From Mytilus trossulus (taxonomy: Eukaryota), in the NCBI RefSeq assembly GCF_036588685.1, contig NC_086376.1, positions 90,995,630 to 91,059,629 on the forward strand: a stretch of DNA of 64,000 bases. Reading direction: 5' to 3'. Position 1 is the stretch's first letter; each line of letters begins with the position of its first letter. This document shows positions 53,501-64,000 of this stretch, in pieces. The notes under the pieces were generated by a model. That model was not told the DNA's origin and did no database searches. It was given only the letters and a program-made list of their open reading frames with translations. A program made the position numbers and the translations under genes.

Positions 53501-53600
53501 TAGTTAGTTCTTCCTTTGAAGCTATTGTAACATGTCCGCCTAGTATGAATAAAGAAACAATTCGAAATTAAGAAAACAAAACCAGTCGTATACCATAGAA
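47530..53600 (-). pseudogene. Old Naiad-type RT relic split by the 66-bp array
   Basis: The minus strand entering the array reads LFLYSY*ADMLQ*LQRKN*LMLASS*NLTF then YIDD after a 1-nt shift. After the array come FEIKDTTYT, FYVAKLQQ-like decay of the F.CSNIP segment, and CVSYHDLFD. Motif order equals 24388-24840 and 58440-58560. Confidence 0.8.
47783..53524. repeat. 66-bp tandem satellite, 87 near-identical copies
   Basis: Unit catctatatatggaacgtcaggttctaggatgatgctaacattagttagttcttcctttgaagcta; the 5742-bp span equals 87 x 66. Confidence 0.99.
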
Positions 53601-54998
53601 TAAACGATTTCTTGTATTAACCACTTCTTGTTTATCACCTTGAACACTAGACAGAATAAATAAAAAATATGTCCTGCAACATTTTGACACAAACAGTTTC
53701 AAATCTACCTAAATTTGTTATCACATTGTTTAAATTTTCAGATGAGCTTTACAAGTGCCCTGAACCTTTAGTATCGATTGCAGTTCATCAATTATTTTTT
53801 TTATAAAACAAAAGACTCAGCAAGACAATACCGAAAACTATAAGACTACTACTATTTGGTACTTAGTAGTTATTATCAAATAGTCCGTTTCTATTTATGT
53901 TTGTTTTTCTTACTCTTCAGATGTTTCCGTTGTTTTCCACTTATAGTTGATTTGTATCACTAGGTTTTAGTTTTTTACCCGGATATTTTTAGACAATATT
54001 TTGTTTTCTGATTACTAAATAAGTTGACTATATATTAATGTATACTATATATCAGGTTATGCTTGCATCTCACCATAATCGTGGTTTGTGCCTTAAAAGG
54101 GATATCTAACTCTGTTTCATGTTGCGTTTAATGGCGTTGACAATGCATAATAATTGGCGGAACAAAAAAAAACAACTAAGACTCTGAAACTAATAAGATT
54201 CACAAATGAAGGAAAGATCAATTAAGGCAGTAACTAACCGACTGGTAAGTTAAATGGGGTCTAAGATATAGAATTGCTTCAGCCAACCATGGCACATAAA
54301 CTTGTTTGATGGTTTACGTTATAATATATTTTAACTGTATGTGAATGAATAGGAATGATGATGTTGCATGTTTAAAAATAAGTTTTTAACCCACAAGTTA
54401 TGCTCTCAATCATCAGGGGACTAAGTGCATACGTTTTTATCTGGTTTTTCAATATACAAATGTTTGGTGTATTGCCGAACCGATCAATTTGGGTACAGAT
54501 CTTACAATGATAAACCTTTATTTCAAATTGAAAAAATAAGACTTAATGGTCCGTCTGAAATCAATATTCTGGAATTACCTTCATCAAACTAAAACGTATG
54601 AAAGCATGGGAATTACAAAATGTTGACCGAAATTACAGAAGTTTATTGCAAACCACTTCAATTGGAATACATTTTATATAAACTATGTTATAGAGTCAGT
54701 TGATAATGTACCAGAAGCTGCACGATATCCAAATCGAAAATATAAAAAAAAGAGCAATAGGGTATCGAAGGAGTTTCTTAACAACAAAACATTAGACTTG
54801 TTATTATTGAATTGATATGCTAAGAAATTTTCCACAATTTTACGAAATAATACAATACAAAATAGAAAGTTTTTAAAATAAACTTGTTAGACTGAAATTC
54901 CTCCAGTAAAGAAAATGCCATACAAAATAGAAAAGTATCATTATGAACTGGTTTGTCAGAACAACCATCTGATTTAAAAGAGACTTTTTTGGATTCGA

Positions 54999-55042
54999 GC
55001 GTCACTGATGAGTTTTTTGTAGACGAAACGCGCGTCTGGCGT
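54999..55042 (+). ncRNA. Minimal type I hammerhead ribozyme (family 1A), intact, GUC
   Basis: gcgtca-CTGATGA-gttt tttgt agac-GAAA-cgcgcg-TC-tggcgt. Confidence 0.87.
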
Positions 55043-55997
55043 ATATATAAAATTTATTCCTGGTTTCTATGGTGAGTTTATTTACATACGTCCTATTCTT
55101 AATTTCTCATGTTACAATAGATAAAGTAACTATTACGTCAAGGTTACGGAGTGTTTTATCTCATCATTAAGGAGACATTCACTTATCAGATATAGATCTT
55201 GTTTATTATATAGGTGAATGTTCCACACCTGAGTTCACCACACATTTTGTGAGGGATTCGTGTTCCTGAGTCTAGTTTTCTATGTTGTGTTTTGTTTACT
55301 TTGATCTTTTCCTGTCTCATCAATTTAGTTGTCCGTTTGTTTTCGACTAAGGAGTTTGAACTTACTCAGGTATCTTTCAGCTCTCTTCTAAGAATCTTAT
55401 ACAAATAGGAGTCTTTTTGTATTGTTTTCCTGGTCGTTAATTATTATATACAATCCACCCTTAATAGAAATTTATAAAATAAATGCATTCGTAATATTTT
55501 CCCAATACGTAACAATTTATAACAATACAACAATACATATGGGACGTATGTCTACGAAATAGTGGATGGAAACTGGTTTCAAAACTAGCTTAATCACTTT
55601 CTTAATCACTTTCACTTGTATAACAGTCAAATTCCCTTATATTGTCAACGATGCGTGAACGAAACGAACAGACATATTATGAACAAATGTCAAAGATAGG
55701 GGTACAGCAGTCAACATTGTGTTATAATCTTAATTACCATAAAGAAATAACAAATATGTTACAAAGAAGCAAAACAATGGCAAATAGACCAAGCATATTC
55801 GCAAAGATTAAAGATAAATTTACCATAGAACAATAACACAATGATGGGAAGTACAGAGACATGTAATATATGAATATTGAGTGCCGGGTGTCTTTTCAGT
55901 TTTTTTTTACATCTTTGACCATACTTTGATTCACTTTTTGTAAAAGTGGCCTTTTATGTATAATTAGTTATCAAAGGTACCAGGATTATAATTTAGT

Positions 55998-56041
55998 ACG
56001 CCAGACGCGCGTTTCGTCTACATAAGACTCATCAGTGACGC
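55998..56041 (-). ncRNA. Minimal type I hammerhead ribozyme (family 1B), consensus copy, GUC
   Basis: gcgtca-CTGATGA-gtct tatgt agac-GAAA-cgcgcg-TC-tggcgt. Confidence 0.9.
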
Positions 56042-56074
56042 TCATATCGAAAAAGTTATAAACCAAACAACCCC

Positions 56075-56354
56075 GATTATCGCTATTTTGTGCATTTTTC
56101 CTTTGATCTTTTTTTGTGATAATTTTCATATCATGCTTCTCGCTTGAGATGGAAAAATTATCGCTAGAAACTAAGGAGGCCACGTGGCGTTGCTAATGAA
56201 ATTGACATTAAAACTGACAACGTCGTCATAGGTAAAATAGCGATAAACAGATTATCATTGTTCATCTCAACTCGATTGCTTTTCTCACTTTCGCTGTACC
56301 AGCTCAAGTGAGAAAATCAATCTCGTTGAGATAATCAACGATAATCTATAATTA
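56075..56354 (-). mobile_element. Short element with terminal long hairpin (unclassified)
   Basis: Imperfect hairpin 56249-56347; 13-bp inverted repeat ttatcgctatttt (56077-56089) / aaaatagcgataa (56234-56246); partial arm copy at ~56141-56162. Confidence 0.65.
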
Positions 56355-58109
56355 TACATATTCATTCACCATCTATTTAATCCATACGTGCATATTTGTA
56401 TAGTACTATCAAGTTACAAAATAAAACTTGAATTCAGGAAAATATAACTTATCACTCCATCATCCTTGATGAACAGTTAGTAATTTGTTAATAGTGTTGT
56501 CTTTCTAGCACAGTATGATGTTTGTGATATAGGCAAGTTTATCATTTGAAATTTTCAACGTCGATCCATATACCGTATGTCTTAGAAGAAGTCGGATTTA
56601 ACAAATACAGACCCGCAAAGTTTCCTTGTGTATCTTTTGCCTCTCTTTTGACAGATGATGGCAACAGAAGATCAACGATGTAACATTCTCGACAATATCA
56701 AAATAATATACAAATCAATACAAAAGAAAAAAGTGAGGGAATCACGTTTGAAATTGACAGTGCATAGGTTTAACCATCATCAAATGAATTGACATATACG
56801 ATATATATATGTGTGTCTCTGTATATTTGTACTGACTATCAGAAGTTCCACTTGAAACTTTGTCAAAATTCTGTTCCTGTTGAAACAAATATTCTATAGC
56901 ATTTCTTCTTTTAGGAACATGTAGTGTGGTATTTATTCCAGAAGAAATAATATTCCAGAATTATTTTTTTTCATTTGTAACTGATATTATAAAGGAACTT
57001 CCAATCGTGATAACTCTTTCAACCTGTTTATCAGTCTTAGATCCTTAGAAAATAGTACCAGAATAGTAGTCTAATTCGTTATTTTGTTCATCGTATCCTA
57101 TTTCCAGCTTTTTATGAGTGTGGATTTGCACAGAGGATAGTGGATTCACAACAGGACACACTTTTTTGAGTTAATGCGATTGCCTCAGCTTCTGTGTGTT
57201 GACTTGATTTTTCCTGATTTTTAACTTTTGTATTAAATCTATTGTTGACTTTACTCACAGTGTTTGTGGCAGCTGCCAATTCTAGTGCACCAGATGAGCA
57301 TTTACTGTCCCTTTGGTATCTTTCGTCCCTCTTTTAGACTATATATGTCAGTTATGCCGATATTGTCACGTTTGTCGTAGATAGTTTACATAGTTTAAAG
57401 TTATCCATTAGTGTCAATATCAACAGAAACGTATTAATTTTACTATAAAACATGCCTATTAAAGCCATATCATCGTACGTAGTGTGAACCTGATTAAAAA
57501 TTTTACCACTTCTATTTGATAGACATATTTAACTGTAATGTATGTCAAGATTGTAGATGTTTGCACAACGTGCAGAACGAACAGGCCAATGTGCACGTTA
57601 TAATCATTATCAAACGTCAATGCATTAAAGGCAGACTTTTTCTTGCTGGAAAGTCAAATTACAGAATGTTTGTTCTAATTTTAGGAACGTCATCTTGGTG
57701 ACTAAATACTTACCTGATACTCCTAGGTTTACCGAGCGATACACGGGTGACCGTGCAGTAAAATAACTCAAAACGGACAAACAAATACAAGCCTTTTACG
57801 ATTTCTATACTGTATTTAAATGACAATTTACAAAAATGTATGAAACGGAATTTCTTGAGATGTCAACAAGAAAACTCGAGAATTGCTTGGTAGTACAAAG
57901 AATTGAATGTCAAAATGATCCTCGATTAATCGGTTTCCTGTAAGAATATAATGAAATTTAATTTTCTTTTCGAATTCGTGCGGTCAATTGTTTATTATTA
58001 CCGGTATCATTCCCTCTGAAAAGTAGTTAGATATGCACGAGAGCAGCTTTCGATATGCATTAGCCATTTTGCCACATCTGTTTGGCAGAAAAAGTATGTA
58101 TGTCTGCAT

Positions 58110-58575
58110 CGAAAATAAACTGACAACGCCATGGCTACAAATCATAAAGACAAACAGACAAACAATAGTACACATGATACAACATAGAACACTAAAGAAT
58201 AAGCAACAAACTAGGGGTGTTCTCAGGTGCTCCGGAAGGGTAAGCAGATCCTTCTACACATGTGGCACCCGTCGTGCTGCTTATGTGGTAACACATACGG
58301 CAAATAGTATAATTCGGTAGGTCACATTCATTAAAGGGAAGGGTATTGTAGTTACGACGTAAGGAACATATCCGATGTCAATGGTGAAACGGTTTCAACT
58401 CGTGATAGCGTCCGTAAAACGTAGGGACGAGTTCAACTTCACCATTCGAAACACTTGTTTTAACAGTTTCCTTATGCGAAACAACCCTCTTTCAAGAAAA
58501 TCATGATAGGAAATGCAAGCACGGGAATATCGTATCAATTGGGAGATATATACCCCGTATGCAAGTACTGCTTGA
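58110..58575 (-). mobile_element. Family A Penelope-like fragment: RT C-terminus plus 3' UTR
   Basis: ORF 58395..58649 contains AYGVYISQLIRYSRACISYHDFLERG..KLL, followed by ...cttacccttccggagcacctgagaacacccctag...tctatgttgt. Confidence 0.88.
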
Positions 58576-60324
58576 ATGTAAATGAGTAACATATGTACGA
58601 ATAAAAGTCCCGGATAAAAATGTATGCCATGTAATAGATATGTTTCCAAGCGAGTATCCAGTATCGTTCTGTAAAGTCAACAAGTAGTCGATTAGAACTT
58701 CTTCGTCGAGTTGCAATTTTCAACTCTATTTTTACTATGATAGATCAATGATAATTGCTTGAGCTTCAAGGAGCGTTCCATTAAAGTCGAATTTATGAAT
58801 AAAATAAAATAAAATAGCATTTCACTCGGAAAGCTTTAAGCAAATACTCGGAAGCAGAGATGTATAAAAGTTGATACAGTAGTAAAACAAACACTATCTG
58901 ATCACAAAGGGCCATAATAATCAAATTTATCCAAAGTCATTGATGCCTGAGAGAACAGAAACCTAAGATTCCGAATAATTTCTAAATTTATAAACGGACA
59001 ACTTAAACATGAACCAACTAGTAGAACATCATTTGTTACAAAACAAAAACCCTCAATACTCTCCAGAGTAGTCGAGTACTCGTTGCCATCCATTGTTTAC
59101 ATGCTAACGCCTAACAGTATTCAGAAGTTTAAATATTTAAAATTCTGTATTGGAAACTATTATCATATCAACGTTTATCTACAAAGAGTACGTTTAGTGC
59201 TGCATTTATATTTATCATTGTAAACCCTTATAAAGTCTCTATTTACTTAGTATCCATAAGTATCTACAATACTATAGGTTGAGTAGTGACATTGAAGAAA
59301 AGATATCTCATTTTACTATATTTGACCTATATTCTATAGCCAAAGCTTGCACGTATTACGTCAGACCACTTGGGGGACATGATTTTATCAAACAAAGTAG
59401 GAGTAAAATTGCACTGTTTTATCAGTTATAAATATGTAGTTGACAGGTTTGATTGATTGTTGTATGTGAACACGAGCTGTAGATATTGGTCAAGGTTGTA
59501 CATATGAAAAGGGGAAGTTGATTCTTAAAAATACAAACCGTCTGAAAGTTCCTTTGCACTTTTCTTTTGTTATATTTCTAAAGTATATTTAAAGTTCCTT
59601 TTCATTCAGGCTTTCGAATGCTATATTGGTCGTGCACTTTTATTAAAGATAAAGAAACATTTACCTCATGCTATGTGCGATGCCTACCAACCACACAACT
59701 GTCGATTTATTACTATAAGCAGGAATGAGACTGCACATCTTCATGTGCCAATCCAGCATTCACAATCGAATAAATTGTGAACTGTGATAGATATCAGTAA
59801 ACGTGCACCCGTAAAGCATATTTGTTTTAGAGCTTTCAATAATAAAGATTTTGACTTGAAAAGTTTCAGATTGTACAATTGTTTCTAGTGTTATACACAT
59901 GCCATTGAAATCACTTAGTTTAAATAAATCACATTATCAAAAAAAAAAATTAGTTGTATTCTAATATGAAAGAAATCAAGAGGTACAGAGCCTAATTTCT
60001 TTCTATTTCAGTCCGTATTTCTAATCCGAACTACAATTTTAAGCGATGATTATAGTATTCGATGCAAGCTTCGAAGTTACCCTTTGAAGGGACAAACAAA
60101 AAGCAAGATAACAAAAAAAATACCGATATCCGAGGAAAATTTTAAACGGAAATTCTCTCAACAAGAGTAAAAACAGACTATATCAATTTATTGAACATGA
60201 ATGACAAGTAACATCTGAACACTCTATATGTCCTGTGTTTTAATGAATTTTCTTTGTATAAGAACTTCTGATCGAAAGAAAACATTGCATATATTTTATT
60301 ATGATTTCGCAAAGCAAACTTTGA

Positions 60325-60680
60325 TATATGCCTTTTTGTGCTTCTTTGTTACATATTTGTTTGTTTTATATAGTGATTATCACACTATATGTAGACTGCT
60401 TTACCCCTATTTTTTGAATTTTTCACCTATTATGTCTGTATGTTTCGTTCACGCATCGTTGTAAATATAAGCGAATTCGATGCGACTGTAAAACAAGTGA
60501 GAGGTTTAGCTAGCTATAGAACCAGTTACAATCTACCATGTTTTACATAAGAAAATGCCTGTACCCAGTAAGAAATATGACAGTTGTTATCCATTTGTTT
60601 GGTTTGTTTGAGCGATTGATTTTGCCATCGGATTAGGGGCTTTGCTCGGAGCTCAGATTTTTTTTGTGATTTTATTTTTT
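60325..60680 (+). mobile_element. Family B 3'-UTR/pLTR fragment
   Basis: Colinear with 26140-26488. Confidence 0.8.
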
Positions 60681-62100
60681 ACATACAAACTGTGAGCAAA
60701 CAATAATACAGATAACAGATTTGCGCAAACTTGTCAACCCGGCCATTTGATAAATACTGTTAGTAAGGGGTTGTTCTTCAACTATGTGTCATAATTCTTA
60801 ATTATAGATATTATATAACATGAACTCTTTAAACAAATATCCTGTAGCTTGAAATAGGATTTGGTTTTGGCTTTTGGAACTTTATGCTTTTATTTTGAAT
60901 ATGCAAATCTTGAATCCTGCTAAACAAGTCGATTTGGAAAGTTCTTTTATTTAAAATAACAAATAGCAAAGTAAGCTATGTAAATTATGGTAATTCACTA
61001 CTTTTAATAGAGCTTTTAATACTTGAGGGTTTTTTTCTTGAAATTACAACAATTATCTTATTTCGTACAACTCAATGAGGCTATGACATTTATATAACGT
61101 ATAAAAGGTCGTTGTTTTAAAAAAAATCTTTTTTAGACTATATTCAGTACAAAAACACGTCATCTTGTAATTCAAGTTTTGACATCATCATTAAAATCAT
61201 CATCATATGTTTAGTTACTTACATACATACCAAAGTCACGTCAGCCCACTCTATCAACCCAAAATATACATGTGGGCGTAAACAACTCTACCAAAACCAC
61301 AGAATGAACTCTGAATAGCTTGGTAGTCTACGATTAAATAAACAGTGTTGAAACTTAAAAATTATATTGTTTAGACTTGTATCTGACAAAAAAATGATGA
61401 TGCATCAAGATATATGAATTACAAATTATAGTCAGCTTTCTTATTCAAACACAAATGCAATAAATAACTCACTTACTACCTTGAACAGTAGGCTAATATC
61501 CACAATTCACTCTACTCAATGGCCGAGCTCACCTCTAGTTCTTTATGAGGATACTATAGCTTAATGTTTTATTCTGTAATATTTATTTTGCGAACTGCTG
61601 TTTGTAATTTCGTTTTGGAATTATGTTTGTTTGCATTAGCCTTTATGTTCCTAACTCGTATAGGCTGTATGATACTGTCATACGAAGCGCAACCTGTTCA
61701 TTAACCTCTCAAACATGCGTTAAAAAATCCAAGCAAGTGTTAACATGACATAAGCGTTTTCTTGGAAGAAAGATAGCAGGTATGGTTTTCACCTGTGTTC
61801 TGTCATTTATATGGATTAAGTATTTCCTGCTAACAATTTTCAAGTGTTTTCACAATGTTTGATGTCGAAAGGACTTATGGGGGAATAGAAATGTTTGACA
61901 AATTCGATTTTTTGCTTTTTAATATTCCTACATGCCAATCTAAACGTTAACACAAAAGATAGACTATACTTATCAATGATTACCACGACGAAATATATGT
62001 TAGAACTCGTATCGTATTTAGCAAAACTTTGGCTTATTTTGGTCCCCAATGCTCTTCAAATTTGTACTTTATTTGGCCTTTTTAACTTTTTTGGATTCGG

Positions 62101-62144
62101 ACGTCACTGATGAGTCTTTTGTAGACAAAACGCGCGTTTGGCGT
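62101..62144 (+). ncRNA. Hammerhead motif (family 1A), probably inactive (G12A), in element ~62010-62185
   Basis: acgtca-CTGATGA-gtcttttgtagac-AAAA-cgcgcg-TT-tggcgt. Confidence 0.75.
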
Positions 62145-64000
62145 AAATGCAAAATTTAATCCTGGTATTTATGATGAGTTTATCTGCTATGATAAAAACA
62201 TAAATATTGAAATGACGAGAAGAAGAAATTGCGGTGACGTTGGTATTAAATTCGACGCAAGCCATGCTATACTTATCTCCCCCAAGGAGGATTATTTGAT
62301 AAAACCATTTATTTGTTTATGATTGTGTGGATAATCCCATAGATCTGTATTATGATATAGTGTGATATTCAGTGGTACATGGGGATCCTTTTTACGTTAT
62401 TGGTGTTAACCATGAATTGTCACAATAACATTAAAAACAATATTAGCGTCACTATCAGATAGTGTTACAAGTTGCATTACCTGTTGTAGGAAAGGAGAGA
62501 AGTAACAATATACAATAGTACATGTAGTATTGACTTTTTGTTCTTCTGTCCTTTTTATAAATTGTCACTAGTCTTATCCTTTACACTTGAGGCTTAAAAG
62601 TGTATTTCGATATTTGCGACACAATTTAAGTCATCAAAGATACGAGGCTTATAGTATGGTATGGTACGTCAGATGGGTCAATATCTTTAATTGTTTTACA
62701 TAGGCGGTAATGGTAACGTTTTTTCCTGAAGCTTAGTCCATATCGTAAATTTGGATGTGTATGATAGCTCGTTTCGAAGCTGTGACATTTTCATATATGT
62801 AGTTATATTTTCGGGGTACGAAGTGATATTACTTTTTGTTTAAATTAGCATACCCAGAATATCCTTTCGTGATGCGGCTCCTTGTGATAAAATATCACCA
62901 TTTAACACAATAAATTCTTTGAAATTTTATATTTTGAACACATTTAATAGCTCCATAGTTTTACACATTTATTCTATGTTCCTCTACTTTCCTAATCACC
63001 ACAAATGGTTAAGCTCAGTTATTTGTAAAAGATAGAAACATGTCCAATATCACTTAACCCCGAGATTTCTTTCTTTACACGTGACTTTTGAGTTTCTCAT
63101 TTCGAGGCGCATTAGGGATGTTGTCCCAGATCGCGTTTTCTCTAAATTAAACGAATCAATTGCGCTTGAATCAAAACTTTTGAAAGGCAAAATCATGTAC
63201 GAATGTGAAGAGCATTATAAACCCAAATTTCAAAATGTTATTCCAAATACGGCTTAGGCAATCAATGATAATTCAACATCATGTACAGGAAATTTACAGA
63301 AAATCAACATAGCCATGATATTTCATAACAATACAAAAGTTCTTATCACTTGGCTGGTGAAACTCTCGAGACGAAACTTTCATCGACAGTGGCATTACTC
63401 AGGTAAATGATATTTAAAAGCAATATTAACTATTCTTGTTTGATGAAAAGTGTATCCAAATAAAGGCAACAATAGTATTCAAAAGTCAAAAATCGTTTCA
63501 AAGAAAACAAATCAGGGTTATAAATTAAAATTGAGGGAAACACTTCAACTATAAGAGGAAAACAACGTAACAACAGAACAACTAAAGTGCAACAAAAACA
63601 AACAATGTATTCAACAGTTTAACAGTTATTCAACTTCAATCCTAGAGATGCAAATGCAAATATAAAGGTTATATATAATATAAACGAATTTAATCTTTCG
63701 TTCGTCCGATTTGATTAGCTATGAATGCTAGGACGAATACTTTTGAAGTCAATGATGGATGGATACCTAAAAAGCAGCTGAATTTTAGAAGAAGAAAAAA
63801 AAGAAACTCAATGTCACCTCGAAAATGCTTTTTGGCTTTCTCATCTATATGTTATATTTGACTATCCACATTTTCCCCGCCTTCAACACACAAATAGCTG
63901 ACACATTGATTATTACGTCTGCAGCAAATTAAGGTGTGACTTGTACATTTTTTACCAAATTTATATCTTAAAACTATCAATTTTTTAAATTAGTTATAAC

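Noticed and set aside
2675-53524. CRISPR-like arrays
   Set aside because: All arrays are head-to-tail repeats with no unique spacers, there are no cas genes, and the context is eukaryotic.
47779-53571. 1930-aa plus-strand Ser/Thr-rich protein
   Set aside because: Antisense reading of the RT-derived satellite, with a TTG start and no unique N- or C-terminal domains.
56480-57295. Coding-like stretches on the minus strand
   Set aside because: Interrupted by stops and frameshifts, with no motif I can recognise; needs BLASTx.

Overview
AT-rich eukaryotic, largely non-coding DNA; the repeat families look like those of a bivalve mollusc, probably Mytilus (inference from sequence memory, not a search). 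I can support no intact host gene. The window holds: (i) three large tandem arrays (45 bp x ~66, 80 bp x ~81, 66 bp x 87) that generate all the long or serial ORFs in the track; (ii) decayed Penelope-like retroelements of the Naiad type (CxC linker, RT, no C-terminal GIY-YIG), including a compound insertion at 22-27.7 kb and many 3'-end fragments; (iii) ten minimal type I hammerhead-ribozyme motifs in two families, carried by short retrozyme-like elements; (iv) a tRNA-derived SINE, a HINE/DINE-like element, a TA-target MITE and three unrelated elements sharing a long-hairpin architecture. Main observation: each large satellite grew inside retroelement sequence. The 66-bp unit is a decayed piece of an RT ending at the catalytic YIDD motif, now stop-free on both strands. 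Coordinates and alignments were read by eye.
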